Shown here piece after piece: positions 1-9,346 of a stretch of 64,000 nucleotides of DNA (positions are counted from its first letter, which is position 1; each line of letters starts with the position of its first letter). The notes beneath the pieces were generated by a model. The model ran no database searches. It was given only the letters and a program-made list of their open reading frames with translations, and was not told the DNA's origin. The stretch spans positions 96,001 through 160,000 of IMG/VR virus record IMGVR_UViG_3300010163_000003. One strand, 5' to 3'. The DNA comes from a virus (taxonomy: Duplodnaviria > Caudoviricetes). A program made the position numbers and the translations under genes.

Positions 1-47
1 TCTAGAGCTTTCTTTGGTGAGTATTTGATTATCATGTTCAACAACAT

Positions 48-1274
48 TCATAAGCTCACCTTTACCTTAGAATAAAAATTTATAATTATTGTAGCATTGT
101 TAATTTCTTTAGCTTTATCTGGATCACGATCTAATGCTTTTTTATTTAAAGAAGCTTTTGCCCAATATTTAGGAATATTAGAAGGATCATATGCAATACC
201 GCCAAACAAGGAACCAGATATAGCATTATTAATAGTATACATGTATGGCAAATTTGCTATCAGCCTATTACCATTAGATTCAAAATCTAATAAAGTATCT
301 ACTTCGCAGCTGGAAAGTTCCTGTTCTCTTTCTTTTAATTCTTCTAAAATAGAATTAGGAATATTATTTTCTAAATAATATCCTGTAGGAGTGTTGTTTT
401 CTTCTACCAATAAGTCAGAAACTTTTATAGTTATTTGACCAACGAAACTTAATCCATTTTTAATTGCATCACTTACTTTATCTTTTACGACATAATCATT
501 AAGATTAAGCTCTAATTTTAATTTGTCAATTTCTTCGTCTGTGTATTGTTTTGACATTGCTAAGTACTTTTTATTTTCTGATTCTATATTTAGGCGTATT
601 TGCTTAATAAGATCTTCAATGTATTTAACTTTATCATCAATATTTTTAATTTTATTTGGAATATCTTTAATGAAGTCATCAATTTGTTTTTCTATTCTTT
701 TAACAACTTTATCGATATCTGTTTCTAAGGTTTCTATAAAATATAAATCTATCTGTTTTTTCTGCCCTGTATAAATTAATTTATCTAATACACCTTTATT
801 ATTGTGTTCATGAACATAACCATTAACTCTATTAACTTCTCCAGCTAATTTACTTAAGACACCATCAAGGCCAACTACTTCTGATATCTGGTGTTGATGT
901 GGCAATGGATTTCTTGCATCAGATAACCGAGGGTCATTACCTTCGCAAGCAGTATTGGCTTTATCTCCAAAGTTTACATTGAATGCTGTAAGCTTTGGAT
1001 TTATAGCTGGCTCTCCTCCAAGATCTTGTATACTAAGATTAACTGGACCAGTATGGACAGACCCATCTGGAAGAGTAATACTTAATACGCCTATATGATC
1101 AAAAGACAATTCTTCTTTCATTCTCTTGACAGCTAGTTTAATAATATATTCTTTAGATGTAACTTGAGCTACATTAGAATCTCTAAAATATCTACGAACA
1201 AGTTCTAGTAAATATCTTTCTACGCTATCTGTACTTTTATTGTATCTGCTATTAGTAAGTTCTTCCATGCGCAT
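48..1274 (-). CDS. Putative tail fibre / fibre-associated protein (408 aa)
   Basis: Contains GNDPRLSDAR..PHQHQISEVVGL and HEHNNKGVLDKL, HxH-type motifs typical of phage fibres, followed by a coiled-coil stretch. GGTGA RBS upstream. Confidence 0.55.
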   Translation of the reverse strand: MRMEELTNSRYNKSTDSVERYLLELVRRYFRDSNVAQVTSKEYIIKLAVKRMKEELSFDHIGVLSITLPDGSVHTGPVNLSIQDLGGEPAINPKLTAFNVNFGDKANTACEGNDPRLSDARNPLPHQHQISEVVGLDGVLSKLAGEVNRVNGYVHEHNNKGVLDKLIYTGQKKQIDLYFIETLETDIDKVVKRIEKQIDDFIKDIPNKIKNIDDKVKYIEDLIKQIRLNIESENKKYLAMSKQYTDEEIDKLKLELNLNDYVVKDKVSDAIKNGLSFVGQITIKVSDLLVEENNTPTGYYLENNIPNSILEELKEREQELSSCEVDTLLDFESNGNRLIANLPYMYTINNAISGSLFGGIAYDPSNIPKYWAKASLNKKALDRDPDKAKEINNATIIINFYSKVKVSL

Positions 1275-1284
1275 ATATAATCAC

Positions 1285-1689
1285 CTACTTTGTATATACG
1301 ACATCTGGGTCTAAATCTGCTGGTCCAACAGTTGTTTCTTTTAGTATATCTAGTTGTTCTACTTTATTTTTAAGTTGGTCAAATAGCATACATTGCTTAC
1401 AGCTTCTTATAAGTTTGACATTGTCCAAAACTTTGTCTCCAAATTCAGTGGATTGCTGTACCTTTTTCAGAACGGTAATGGTTTCATCTTCACTGGTCAA
1501 ATACGGTCCATAGAATAAAGAATGAATCTGATTGACTTCGACACCGTTATAATTAGGCCAATTGGTCGATACGTAGGCCAGCCGTCTTTCCTCATCTTCT
1601 ATGTTATAGGTCAATCTAACAGTGTCCAGTGGTTCAATGACTTTAACTACTTTATCGTCTAATGCTCTATCACGAATAAGTATAACCAT
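1285..1689 (-). CDS. Hypothetical protein (134 aa), probably virion-associated
   Basis: Tightly packed ORF in the structural operon; no motif recognised. Confidence 0.45.
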   Translation of the reverse strand: MVILIRDRALDDKVVKVIEPLDTVRLTYNIEDEERRLAYVSTNWPNYNGVEVNQIHSLFYGPYLTSEDETITVLKKVQQSTEFGDKVLDNVKLIRSCKQCMLFDQLKNKVEQLDILKETTVGPADLDPDVVYTK

Positions 1690-1714
1690 ACCGTCATCTG
1701 AACCTATTTCGACG

Positions 1715-2371
1715 CTAGGGAAATCGCTGGAGGTCCGGGTTGGTTAGACCCAGAGCCTCCTCTACACCAGCATCCCAAAAAAGAACAGCATAACCATTAA
1801 TAATTGGTACATTGCCAAGATTGTTGGCATTTAATTCTACAACAACTTTAAATCCATATTTAAGATTATTCATCAAATGCATAGGTGTTTTAACTGCATT
1901 TGGGGTCAAAGGCCAACGCTCACCTAGACTATTCTCAAGATAATATTTTATTGAAGCACCTACTGGAATTACTTCATTAGCAATGAGAATAAAATCATTC
2001 ATTTCAACGCTTAATCCATAAGTGCTTTCTATTAACGTACTTGTCATTAAACCAGTGATTGAGTTTTGTATAAGAGTAAGATGACCGCTTTCAAAGTCAA
2101 CTTTAACATTGTTTGATTCATTCATATTAACATATTCGCCAGTATTAAATATATCTAAAAACATGGCATTGGTATATAAGTTGTTCTCAAATATAGTATA
2201 AACACGTTCTTCAAAAGCGGTATCTTTAACTCTATTTGTTTGAAGTTGTTGAGCGTTAAGATCATCTTGAAGGCTATTAACAGTAGAGGCATCAACACGC
2301 TCACTTGTATTATTGACATGTCTTTTATATTTAGTATATTGTCTTGTTCCATCATACTGATTCATAGCCAT
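1715..2371 (-). CDS. Putative tail/baseplate structural protein (218 aa)
   Basis: AAGGAAG RBS. Short N-terminal helix followed by a beta-rich body; structural context. Confidence 0.45.
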   Translation of the reverse strand: MAMNQYDGTRQYTKYKRHVNNTSERVDASTVNSLQDDLNAQQLQTNRVKDTAFEERVYTIFENNLYTNAMFLDIFNTGEYVNMNESNNVKVDFESGHLTLIQNSITGLMTSTLIESTYGLSVEMNDFILIANEVIPVGASIKYYLENSLGERWPLTPNAVKTPMHLMNNLKYGFKVVVELNANNLGNVPIINGYAVLFWDAGVEEALGLTNPDLQRFP

Positions 2372-2385
2372 GATGATCTTCCTTT

Positions 2386-3393
2386 CTATCCTTTAAATAA
2401 ATCAGATTTCTTCATGGCGGCAATTATGTCTCCACCATAAGAAATAACAACTCTATCACCTTTAACTTCAGTAACGGTATGAGTTACTTCATATACAAAT
2501 GACGCGAGATATTGATTAGTATAACTATGAGCACCAGGTTTAATCTTAACTTTATCGCCAACTTTAATATTGACAACAGGAGTCGCTAAGGTATTATCGC
2601 TTTTAACGATTGTACCACCAGTAGTGGTCATAAATGTACTAAATCCAGCTTTCTTCATCTTAGCCTGTAATGCTGCTGCGTTATCTTTAACAGCAAATGC
2701 GCCTGTCTGTACTTTGTACAAGCCACCAGCATGTACAAGAATAGCATCGAATCCCGCAGCTTCTACTTTTTTAAGTTCGGCATCAGCATTAGATTTATCT
2801 TTAAAAGCACCTGTCTGTATCCTATATAAGGTTTTTGTTGTGGCTGGTTTAGAAGACGATGTTGAAACTCCCAATAATTTATTTACTTCATCAGCAATAT
2901 AACCTTGTTTACTCATTAAGTATTCGCCAGGACAATCAGTATTAGCAAACCAACGATGTACAGTCATGTTTTGTTTATCAACCTGACCAATTAAGCTCTT
3001 ATCGTTCTTCCATATAAGTTTCTTAATGTCGTTGCGCTTACAAATATCAGCTACAAGCTTAATAAGAGCGTTCATTGCTTTATCATTTACATGCCAGTTA
3101 GGAGCACCACCATCATTGGCAACTTCTATAGTAACAGCACGATTATCATTAGAGCGACTAGCTGTAGTCCATGCTCTATCTTTTTCTTCTACATACATAC
3201 CAATGCGACCTTTTGAGTCAACACCGTAATTAGAAGATGCTTGTCGTGAAGTAGGAGCAAACACATTTGCACAAGATTCTACTGTAAGATTACCAGCCAT
3301 GCAATGGATTGTAATAGTATCAATCTTATGATTACGAGGTGAAGATTTGTTAGGAGAAATTTTAGTATAATTTACTAATGGACTGTTGCTCAT
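2386..3393 (-). CDS. N-acetylmuramoyl-L-alanine amidase (Amidase_2) with two SPOR-type repeats; probable endolysin
   Basis: Zn ligand/catalytic motifs TIHCMAG, TIEVAND, TVHRWF and TDCPG. SPOR-like repeats LYRIQTGAFKDKSNA and LYKVQTGAFAVKDNA. AGGTAGGTG RBS. Confidence 0.9.
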   Translation of the reverse strand: MSNSPLVNYTKISPNKSSPRNHKIDTITIHCMAGNLTVESCANVFAPTSRQASSNYGVDSKGRIGMYVEEKDRAWTTASRSNDNRAVTIEVANDGGAPNWHVNDKAMNALIKLVADICKRNDIKKLIWKNDKSLIGQVDKQNMTVHRWFANTDCPGEYLMSKQGYIADEVNKLLGVSTSSSKPATTKTLYRIQTGAFKDKSNADAELKKVEAAGFDAILVHAGGLYKVQTGAFAVKDNAAALQAKMKKAGFSTFMTTTGGTIVKSDNTLATPVVNIKVGDKVKIKPGAHSYTNQYLASFVYEVTHTVTEVKGDRVVISYGGDIIAAMKKSDLFKG

Positions 3394-3408
3394 AACAGTA
3401 CACCTACC

Positions 3409-3903
3409 TTAAATAATAACATTATGAGAACCATATTCATAGTTCTCCTCAAAAACAGGGGTTACATAAATAGTACAATCATCCTCCAATACATATGATC
3501 GTTTAATTACATCTTGAAAATAAGTCATTTCCGCTTTTACTGTAGAATCATATGTAATTATAGCTTTATCTAAAGTAATAAGCTTACTTATGCGATTAAA
3601 ACTATAATGCATTGTACTTTGTAACACACCATTAAGATATATTTTAAATTTATGATCGGTATCTAAGTAAGCATCGTCTGGCAGTTTCCACGTTCCATCT
3701 TCGTTATATGGCAATATAATAGTTTTTTGTACAGGAGAAGGAACAGAAGGATTATCAAAGACTTCTAAAGTTTCATATCGTATACCACTAGTATAAGTAG
3801 AATCTTTAAATGCAGCTTGTATTTTGTATTGCTTAACATGCTTATCTTTAATTCTTCTAAATGTAATATTTTTAGTAATCAATCCTGGCAGGAATTCAGC
3901 CAT
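3409..3903 (-). CDS. Hypothetical structural protein (164 aa), small beta-sandwich
   Basis: GGAG RBS. FKIYLNGVLQ..HY motif shared with other virion proteins in the window. Confidence 0.5.
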   Translation of the reverse strand: MAEFLPGLITKNITFRRIKDKHVKQYKIQAAFKDSTYTSGIRYETLEVFDNPSVPSPVQKTIILPYNEDGTWKLPDDAYLDTDHKFKIYLNGVLQSTMHYSFNRISKLITLDKAIITYDSTVKAEMTYFQDVIKRSYVLEDDCTIYVTPVFEENYEYGSHNVII

Positions 3904-3914
3904 AGTACCACTCC

Positions 3915-5084
3915 TTATATCTTAAAGATTATAGTAGTAGGTGGCGATATATTACCATATACATCTTGTAAGTAAAATGTTAACCTGAAAGGAATACCAG
4001 GAGCGGCTTGTATTTGTTTTGTAATATAGTCTTCAGTAGAGTTTTCTGAGAAGATAGCTATATCTTCTTCTAATGGTATATTATACTTGTTTAATCCTAA
4101 GTGACTATGCTCCTTAGTATTATAATATACACCATCTCTACGAATAATACTATATCTTTTAAATCCAATTTCCTTGCCTAATTCTGGAGTATCAGGAGAA
4201 TATTCAAAAGGAATATGAGAATTTCCCATCTTATCACAATACATTTGCAGAATAGTCATTTTCTCTATGGAAACTGGCAATAAACTTTGAAATGTAGGCT
4301 CACTAAAATCGCCAATAAAATCATTAGAAACATTACGTATTTTAAATGATTTTAATTTACGATAATTGAAACGTGTGTTGTTCTTTTGCCATACATTTGG
4401 TATATCAACAGTTATATAATTATATGTGGCAAGATATTTGGTTGAATATTTTATTTCATCTTCTGTGAAAATAGGAACATTTTTGGGAAATGGAATTCCA
4501 TATTTACTTATTGAAGAAACATCTGTAATGTCTCCAATAATGATATCATTTCCCCAAGGAGCTACACCTACACGTTCCCAATCATTATCTTCAATAGAAG
4601 TTAAGTCTTTAGTGCAAAATATTTCACACTGTATATCTTTTTCTAAATCTATTGGCAACAATATTTCTCTTATAGTAGATAGGTGAGTTATTGTGTTATT
4701 TGATTGATCTACTCCTATCACAGAATAATATAATATTGTACCTTTAGATTCTGTAACTATATTACTAAAAGTAATAACATTTACATATGTATAATCATTA
4801 ATTTTAGCAATGTCAACAAATTGTTCATATTCTGTAACTGGCATGATATTTGCCAAAGGACCATTCCATGTTACGCCAGGTTGATTTAAGTTAGGTTTAT
4901 CTTGAACAACATAACATTCTTTACCGTTTACCATATGTGTATCAGCAAGTGACTCGTTAATAATTATGTTGGGTATAAGCGTGCGCACTTTTGATATTGT
5001 ATTTATATCATTAGGATTTTTGGAGCAATACACATACAATAGGTAATTCCCGGACAGTTTAGGTATGGTAATCTCAGTATACAT
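3915..5084 (-). CDS. Hypothetical structural protein (389 aa)
   Basis: AAGGAG RBS. Beta-rich; ends in LQDVYGNIS, resembling an Ig/FN3 terminal strand. Confidence 0.5.
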   Translation of the reverse strand: MYTEITIPKLSGNYLLYVYCSKNPNDINTISKVRTLIPNIIINESLADTHMVNGKECYVVQDKPNLNQPGVTWNGPLANIMPVTEYEQFVDIAKINDYTYVNVITFSNIVTESKGTILYYSVIGVDQSNNTITHLSTIREILLPIDLEKDIQCEIFCTKDLTSIEDNDWERVGVAPWGNDIIIGDITDVSSISKYGIPFPKNVPIFTEDEIKYSTKYLATYNYITVDIPNVWQKNNTRFNYRKLKSFKIRNVSNDFIGDFSEPTFQSLLPVSIEKMTILQMYCDKMGNSHIPFEYSPDTPELGKEIGFKRYSIIRRDGVYYNTKEHSHLGLNKYNIPLEEDIAIFSENSTEDYITKQIQAAPGIPFRLTFYLQDVYGNISPPTTIIFKI

Positions 5085-5103
5085 AAGTATTCTCCTTTAA
5101 TAA

Positions 5104-5129
5104 TTTAGGGCAGGAGAACCTGCCCTAAA
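5104..5129 (-). terminator. Stem-loop, possible weak intrinsic terminator or processing hairpin
   Basis: Perfect 11-bp inverted repeat TTTAGGGCAGG / CCTGCCCTAAA with a 4-nt loop, intergenic. Only a short TTATT tail on the minus strand. Confidence 0.55.
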
Positions 5130-5149
5130 GCCTCTATTCTATTATATAT

Positions 5150-8100
5150 CTAATCTCTTTTACATTCAAGATATATTTCTGGAGTAATATCAATTACATT
5201 GCTGTACGTATCTTCAACTACTAGACTGTATTGAGGCATATCATATTTATTATATGTGTCTACATATTCTATGATAGGATATACGCCAAGACCAAGCCAT
5301 CGTTTAACTTTTTGCTCTACGTCTCCTTGAGTAAACATGCCGCCAAATTCTTTAAGAACTTTCTTATCAAGTCTGATAATTATAACTCCATTTTCTTGAT
5401 AAGGTTCTCCATCATAATACCCTATATCAAGATAATAATCAGAGTCTGGTTCAAGTTCATGTCTTAAATCATCTTTCATGGATTCGATAATACCGCCACC
5501 ACGAGTACGTGAATCTACAAGTACAGTAGAATGTAAAGACGTGTTCTGTCTGATGTATACAGAACCTATTTGAATATCTACACTACTCTGTGGCATTGGA
5601 TTGTCTATTTGATGATATATACATGCTTTATTGAGCTGAACTACATCTTTAATCATACTATCGTCTTCTCTATCAACTACCATACTGTTATAATCAGGGT
5701 CTACTTCACATATAATAGTAGGCTTTAAGAAGAAATAAATAACTTTATTGAATAAATTTTTAGATGGTTTATCTTCAGATGGAGTATATGTCAAATCAGA
5801 ATAAGTATGATACATATTCGGATTTAAGTCTATACGAGCAAAGTCACTTTTATTGCGCCAAAATCCACGATATACATAGCTTTCTTCTATATAAGTATAA
5901 GTACATACTATGTTATCATTTTCACTTATAGCTTCGTCTGTAATAATTATTCCATCAGAAAAAGATACGTCTTTAATTTTAACTTCATATAATACATTAT
6001 CTACTTTTTTATAAAGCTTAATTGTATTAAATGGTTCAAAACTACATATAAATCCATTAAGCTTATGACTATCATTATAATCGTTCCAAGTACCATTATT
6101 ATATATGCACATGTAATCTTCATTGCCACCAGTTTGATTAGGCTCTCCTGGTGCCCAGTTAGTGTATGTCATTGGTGTTTGTAATGGATCGTCTAACCAA
6201 TACCATGTTCCCTCTTGCATTTCATCAGTGCCACCTACCCAAGCAGAAGGTAATGTGGTTTTTTTAAGTATTTCAACAAAGAAGTCATTTTCTTTTGGTG
6301 TCTTAATAGAAGCTAAACATCCATTTGCATTTTCACAAAATTCTTTTGCTTGTTTCCATGTGGTAGGTTTACTGTATAAACGATAATACTTACCAAATTT
6401 ATAATAAGTATTCTCATCCATATTTATGTCATTAATAAATAATGGATAACATTTAGTTTTAACCATATGAGAATTAATAATAGTTACTGGTTCTTCTACT
6501 ATGTCTACATATGGTCTTTTAAATTTAGGAGAATAATGTTGTAAATCATATTCAGGCATGCTATAGCTTACTTTAGTATGTGTATGATACTGGTCCATTA
6601 TTTGACTATAATGACCAAACTGAATACGGGGATGCCAAGATTCTAACAACCCTTCTTCTCTTGGAGGTAATACAGTAATCTGTCTACTATCTACACATTT
6701 AACTTTAATTCCTGGATAAATCCATGTGCAAGGAAGCTCTTCTTTCTTTTTGCTTATAGGATCTTCATGAATATAGCTTCCACGTTCAACGTAATAAGGA
6801 TTGTTAAATACAAGCTTTTTAGTATATGTTTCTGTATTATCATCTAAAAACCCAGTATCTATAGTAGTTTCAGCTAAAACATAGCCACTGCCATCTGGGT
6901 TACAATATACATTTACGCCACCAATAACTAGCGAATCTTCCTCTGTGTTATTAACTTCAATATAATATATCAATTCAGGACTTTTTAATACATTATTATA
7001 ATCTCCACTAACATCTAATCCACTAATGGTTTTCAAAATTATATCTTTAGGACTAAGATATACACCATCTGACATTGGAGATATAATCATAGCTCTATCA
7101 ACAAATTTTTCATACTCAACTGCAAGAGCATAATCTTTGTTTAGTATATCCGCTTGCATCCATGGAGACATAAATTTCTTATATGGAATAACGTTATTAT
7201 TATTTGAAATAGAGGGTAAATCTTGATGTTCAGCTATTACCCTAAACGAAAAACGAACGTACCTGCGAGTATCTCTTATCCTTAATGGCTGTGCAAGACG
7301 TATTCTATTAACTCTTAAATTTGTATCAATAGCTTCTACAAAGTAATCTCTATTCTGAACCATGTAAGGATAATTATATATATCTTCAGTAACACCATTA
7401 TCTAGCGCTACATTATCTTTATCGTTATCATCATATGCATTATACGTAACTTTAAATGTGTCTGTGGAACTAGATATAAATGATGTAAATAAATCAGCTC
7501 GATATCGCAAAGGACGCTCTACATCTTGAAGTTTATTATCTATTAATTCTTTTGTTGTTTCTGTTTCTTCTATTGTTAATTTCAAAGCATGTTTATACGT
7601 ATTAGGGATATCTTTAAAATTAGAAGTAAATATCTTTACGGCATCGCCTTCATAAAATCCTCGTTCATCAGGGCCGCGATAATCATATATAGGTTTCTTA
7701 AGTGTATGTTTATAGAAACAAGCAACGCCATCTTTAAATACATCTGTAAGATAAACGAAATCTGCTTCTACCCTTGTATAATTCTTTACTTTAGGGATAC
7801 CATTAGCATCTACGCGCTGATTACCTTCTTCATCTAAATCAGGGAAAGGTCTTCGTAATACTCCTTCTGCGTCACTATACATAAGGATTTCATTATCGTC
7901 AGTTACATTCATATTACCAATGGCATTTCCTTTGGTTACAGCTCCTCTATAATAAGCCATTCCATCGTAATCGTACCATACCATTCTAATAACACCGACA
8001 TAAGTAGCAGTTGCTTTGTATTCACTTATTACTTCTTTATACGAAGTTATAGTTTTCTTAAGTAAACCAGCGTATGATACAGTTACATTATATAAATGAC

Positions 8101-9346
8101 TTCCAAATGAAATACCAGAACTAATCTTGCCTTTATATTTAAATTCAAAATGAAATTTAGTATATAACTCTGTTTCTTGATCTACAACTATTTCTGAACT
8201 TTCCATTTGAATACAAATATCTGAATATTTAGATGTAATAGCATCGTTTATTTGTCTTTCAGCATTACTTGGGTCTCCATCAGCTCCACTTAGTAAGTAG
8301 AGAAACTCTTTAATTGCATCATATTTGTAGATATAACTTGTGTCATCAAATTCTGCAAGATAAGAACCTTGTACTTCATCGCCAATTAGATCTTCTAATT
8401 GTTTGCTCATGAACTTTTCCATCTTATCTATTTTTTCTTGTATAGAAAGATTACTGTCCGCTTTAGCTTTGTCATATTTAAAAGTCCTACTTAATATTGT
8501 AACGCCATCTAAATCTATTTCAGTAATTTTACTGGTTTCATTTGTAGGAGAATCTGGATCTTCTACAATATCAAGATTAGGACCGTCGCTAAATGACAAT
8601 GTGCCAGTAGCTTGATCTAATGTATTGGGTCTACCCTTAATAAAGTTTTTTACATCAGTATTACATGAGCCAACAACACCACAGTTTCCATCATTTATTG
8701 TGATACCGCTAGGCCATAAGCCACCTTTCTTTGGAGACTTCATCCATTTATCTACTTCAGATGCTGGCATATAATGTCCATAGATATCATAATAACTTAT
8801 TTCATAGTTATTAATTTGTCTATCAAGAACTTCTGTTTTAGGAATTTTTTCTGTTTTACTTTCTTCATATGTAACAGTATCTAAGTATAGAGTTCCTTCA
8901 TACCCTCTTGAATCCTTTTTGTATTCATAAGATTTGGGAATGCTATCTTTATTTTTGCGAGGGAGATAATAAGTTTCAGTTTTAGTTGCAGATTCTATTT
9001 CTATATGGGCATCTTTATTCCATTGCACATACATACGTCCTAGTTTACCAGAGTACCCTTCTTCGTCTTCATAAGTAATGAACCCTGGGAAAAGATTATC
9101 ATCTGCTACAGCTTTATTAAAAAGATATCTATACCCTTCTTCTATACGATGATCTACAGTATTTCTAGGTGCATCAGACGTTAAAACTTTTTCCGCATCA
9201 GTTGCAACAGGATTATAATAGTATGCAAGATTAACTGCCTCTGGCGGGACAGTGCGCCCAATCCGAAGGGAAGGTTCCTTCGGATGGGTAGATATAGTAT
9301 CGCTAAAAGGTCTTGTTGCTTTAAACATATTGCACCGTCCATTCAT
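5150..9346 (-). CDS. Large baseplate/tail protein (1398 aa) with an internal C-type lectin domain
   Basis: CTL domain at about 6035-6400 (TWKQAKEFCE..GCLASI..E...AWVGGTDEMQEGTWYW...YTNWAPGEPN...WND...FIC). The true start may be the ATG at 9328. Confidence 0.75.
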   Translation of the reverse strand: MNGRCNMFKATRPFSDTISTHPKEPSLRIGRTVPPEAVNLAYYYNPVATDAEKVLTSDAPRNTVDHRIEEGYRYLFNKAVADDNLFPGFITYEDEEGYSGKLGRMYVQWNKDAHIEIESATKTETYYLPRKNKDSIPKSYEYKKDSRGYEGTLYLDTVTYEESKTEKIPKTEVLDRQINNYEISYYDIYGHYMPASEVDKWMKSPKKGGLWPSGITINDGNCGVVGSCNTDVKNFIKGRPNTLDQATGTLSFSDGPNLDIVEDPDSPTNETSKITEIDLDGVTILSRTFKYDKAKADSNLSIQEKIDKMEKFMSKQLEDLIGDEVQGSYLAEFDDTSYIYKYDAIKEFLYLLSGADGDPSNAERQINDAITSKYSDICIQMESSEIVVDQETELYTKFHFEFKYKGKISSGISFGSHLYNVTVSYAGLLKKTITSYKEVISEYKATATYVGVIRMVWYDYDGMAYYRGAVTKGNAIGNMNVTDDNEILMYSDAEGVLRRPFPDLDEEGNQRVDANGIPKVKNYTRVEADFVYLTDVFKDGVACFYKHTLKKPIYDYRGPDERGFYEGDAVKIFTSNFKDIPNTYKHALKLTIEETETTKELIDNKLQDVERPLRYRADLFTSFISSSTDTFKVTYNAYDDNDKDNVALDNGVTEDIYNYPYMVQNRDYFVEAIDTNLRVNRIRLAQPLRIRDTRRYVRFSFRVIAEHQDLPSISNNNNVIPYKKFMSPWMQADILNKDYALAVEYEKFVDRAMIISPMSDGVYLSPKDIILKTISGLDVSGDYNNVLKSPELIYYIEVNNTEEDSLVIGGVNVYCNPDGSGYVLAETTIDTGFLDDNTETYTKKLVFNNPYYVERGSYIHEDPISKKKEELPCTWIYPGIKVKCVDSRQITVLPPREEGLLESWHPRIQFGHYSQIMDQYHTHTKVSYSMPEYDLQHYSPKFKRPYVDIVEEPVTIINSHMVKTKCYPLFINDINMDENTYYKFGKYYRLYSKPTTWKQAKEFCENANGCLASIKTPKENDFFVEILKKTTLPSAWVGGTDEMQEGTWYWLDDPLQTPMTYTNWAPGEPNQTGGNEDYMCIYNNGTWNDYNDSHKLNGFICSFEPFNTIKLYKKVDNVLYEVKIKDVSFSDGIIITDEAISENDNIVCTYTYIEESYVYRGFWRNKSDFARIDLNPNMYHTYSDLTYTPSEDKPSKNLFNKVIYFFLKPTIICEVDPDYNSMVVDREDDSMIKDVVQLNKACIYHQIDNPMPQSSVDIQIGSVYIRQNTSLHSTVLVDSRTRGGGIIESMKDDLRHELEPDSDYYLDIGYYDGEPYQENGVIIIRLDKKVLKEFGGMFTQGDVEQKVKRWLGLGVYPIIEYVDTYNKYDMPQYSLVVEDTYSNVIDITPEIYLECKRD

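Noticed and set aside
5150-9346. Diversity-generating retroelement target suggested by the C-type lectin fold
   Set aside because: The domain is internal and of canonical Ca-binding type. I saw no template/variable repeat pair and no reverse transcriptase in the window.
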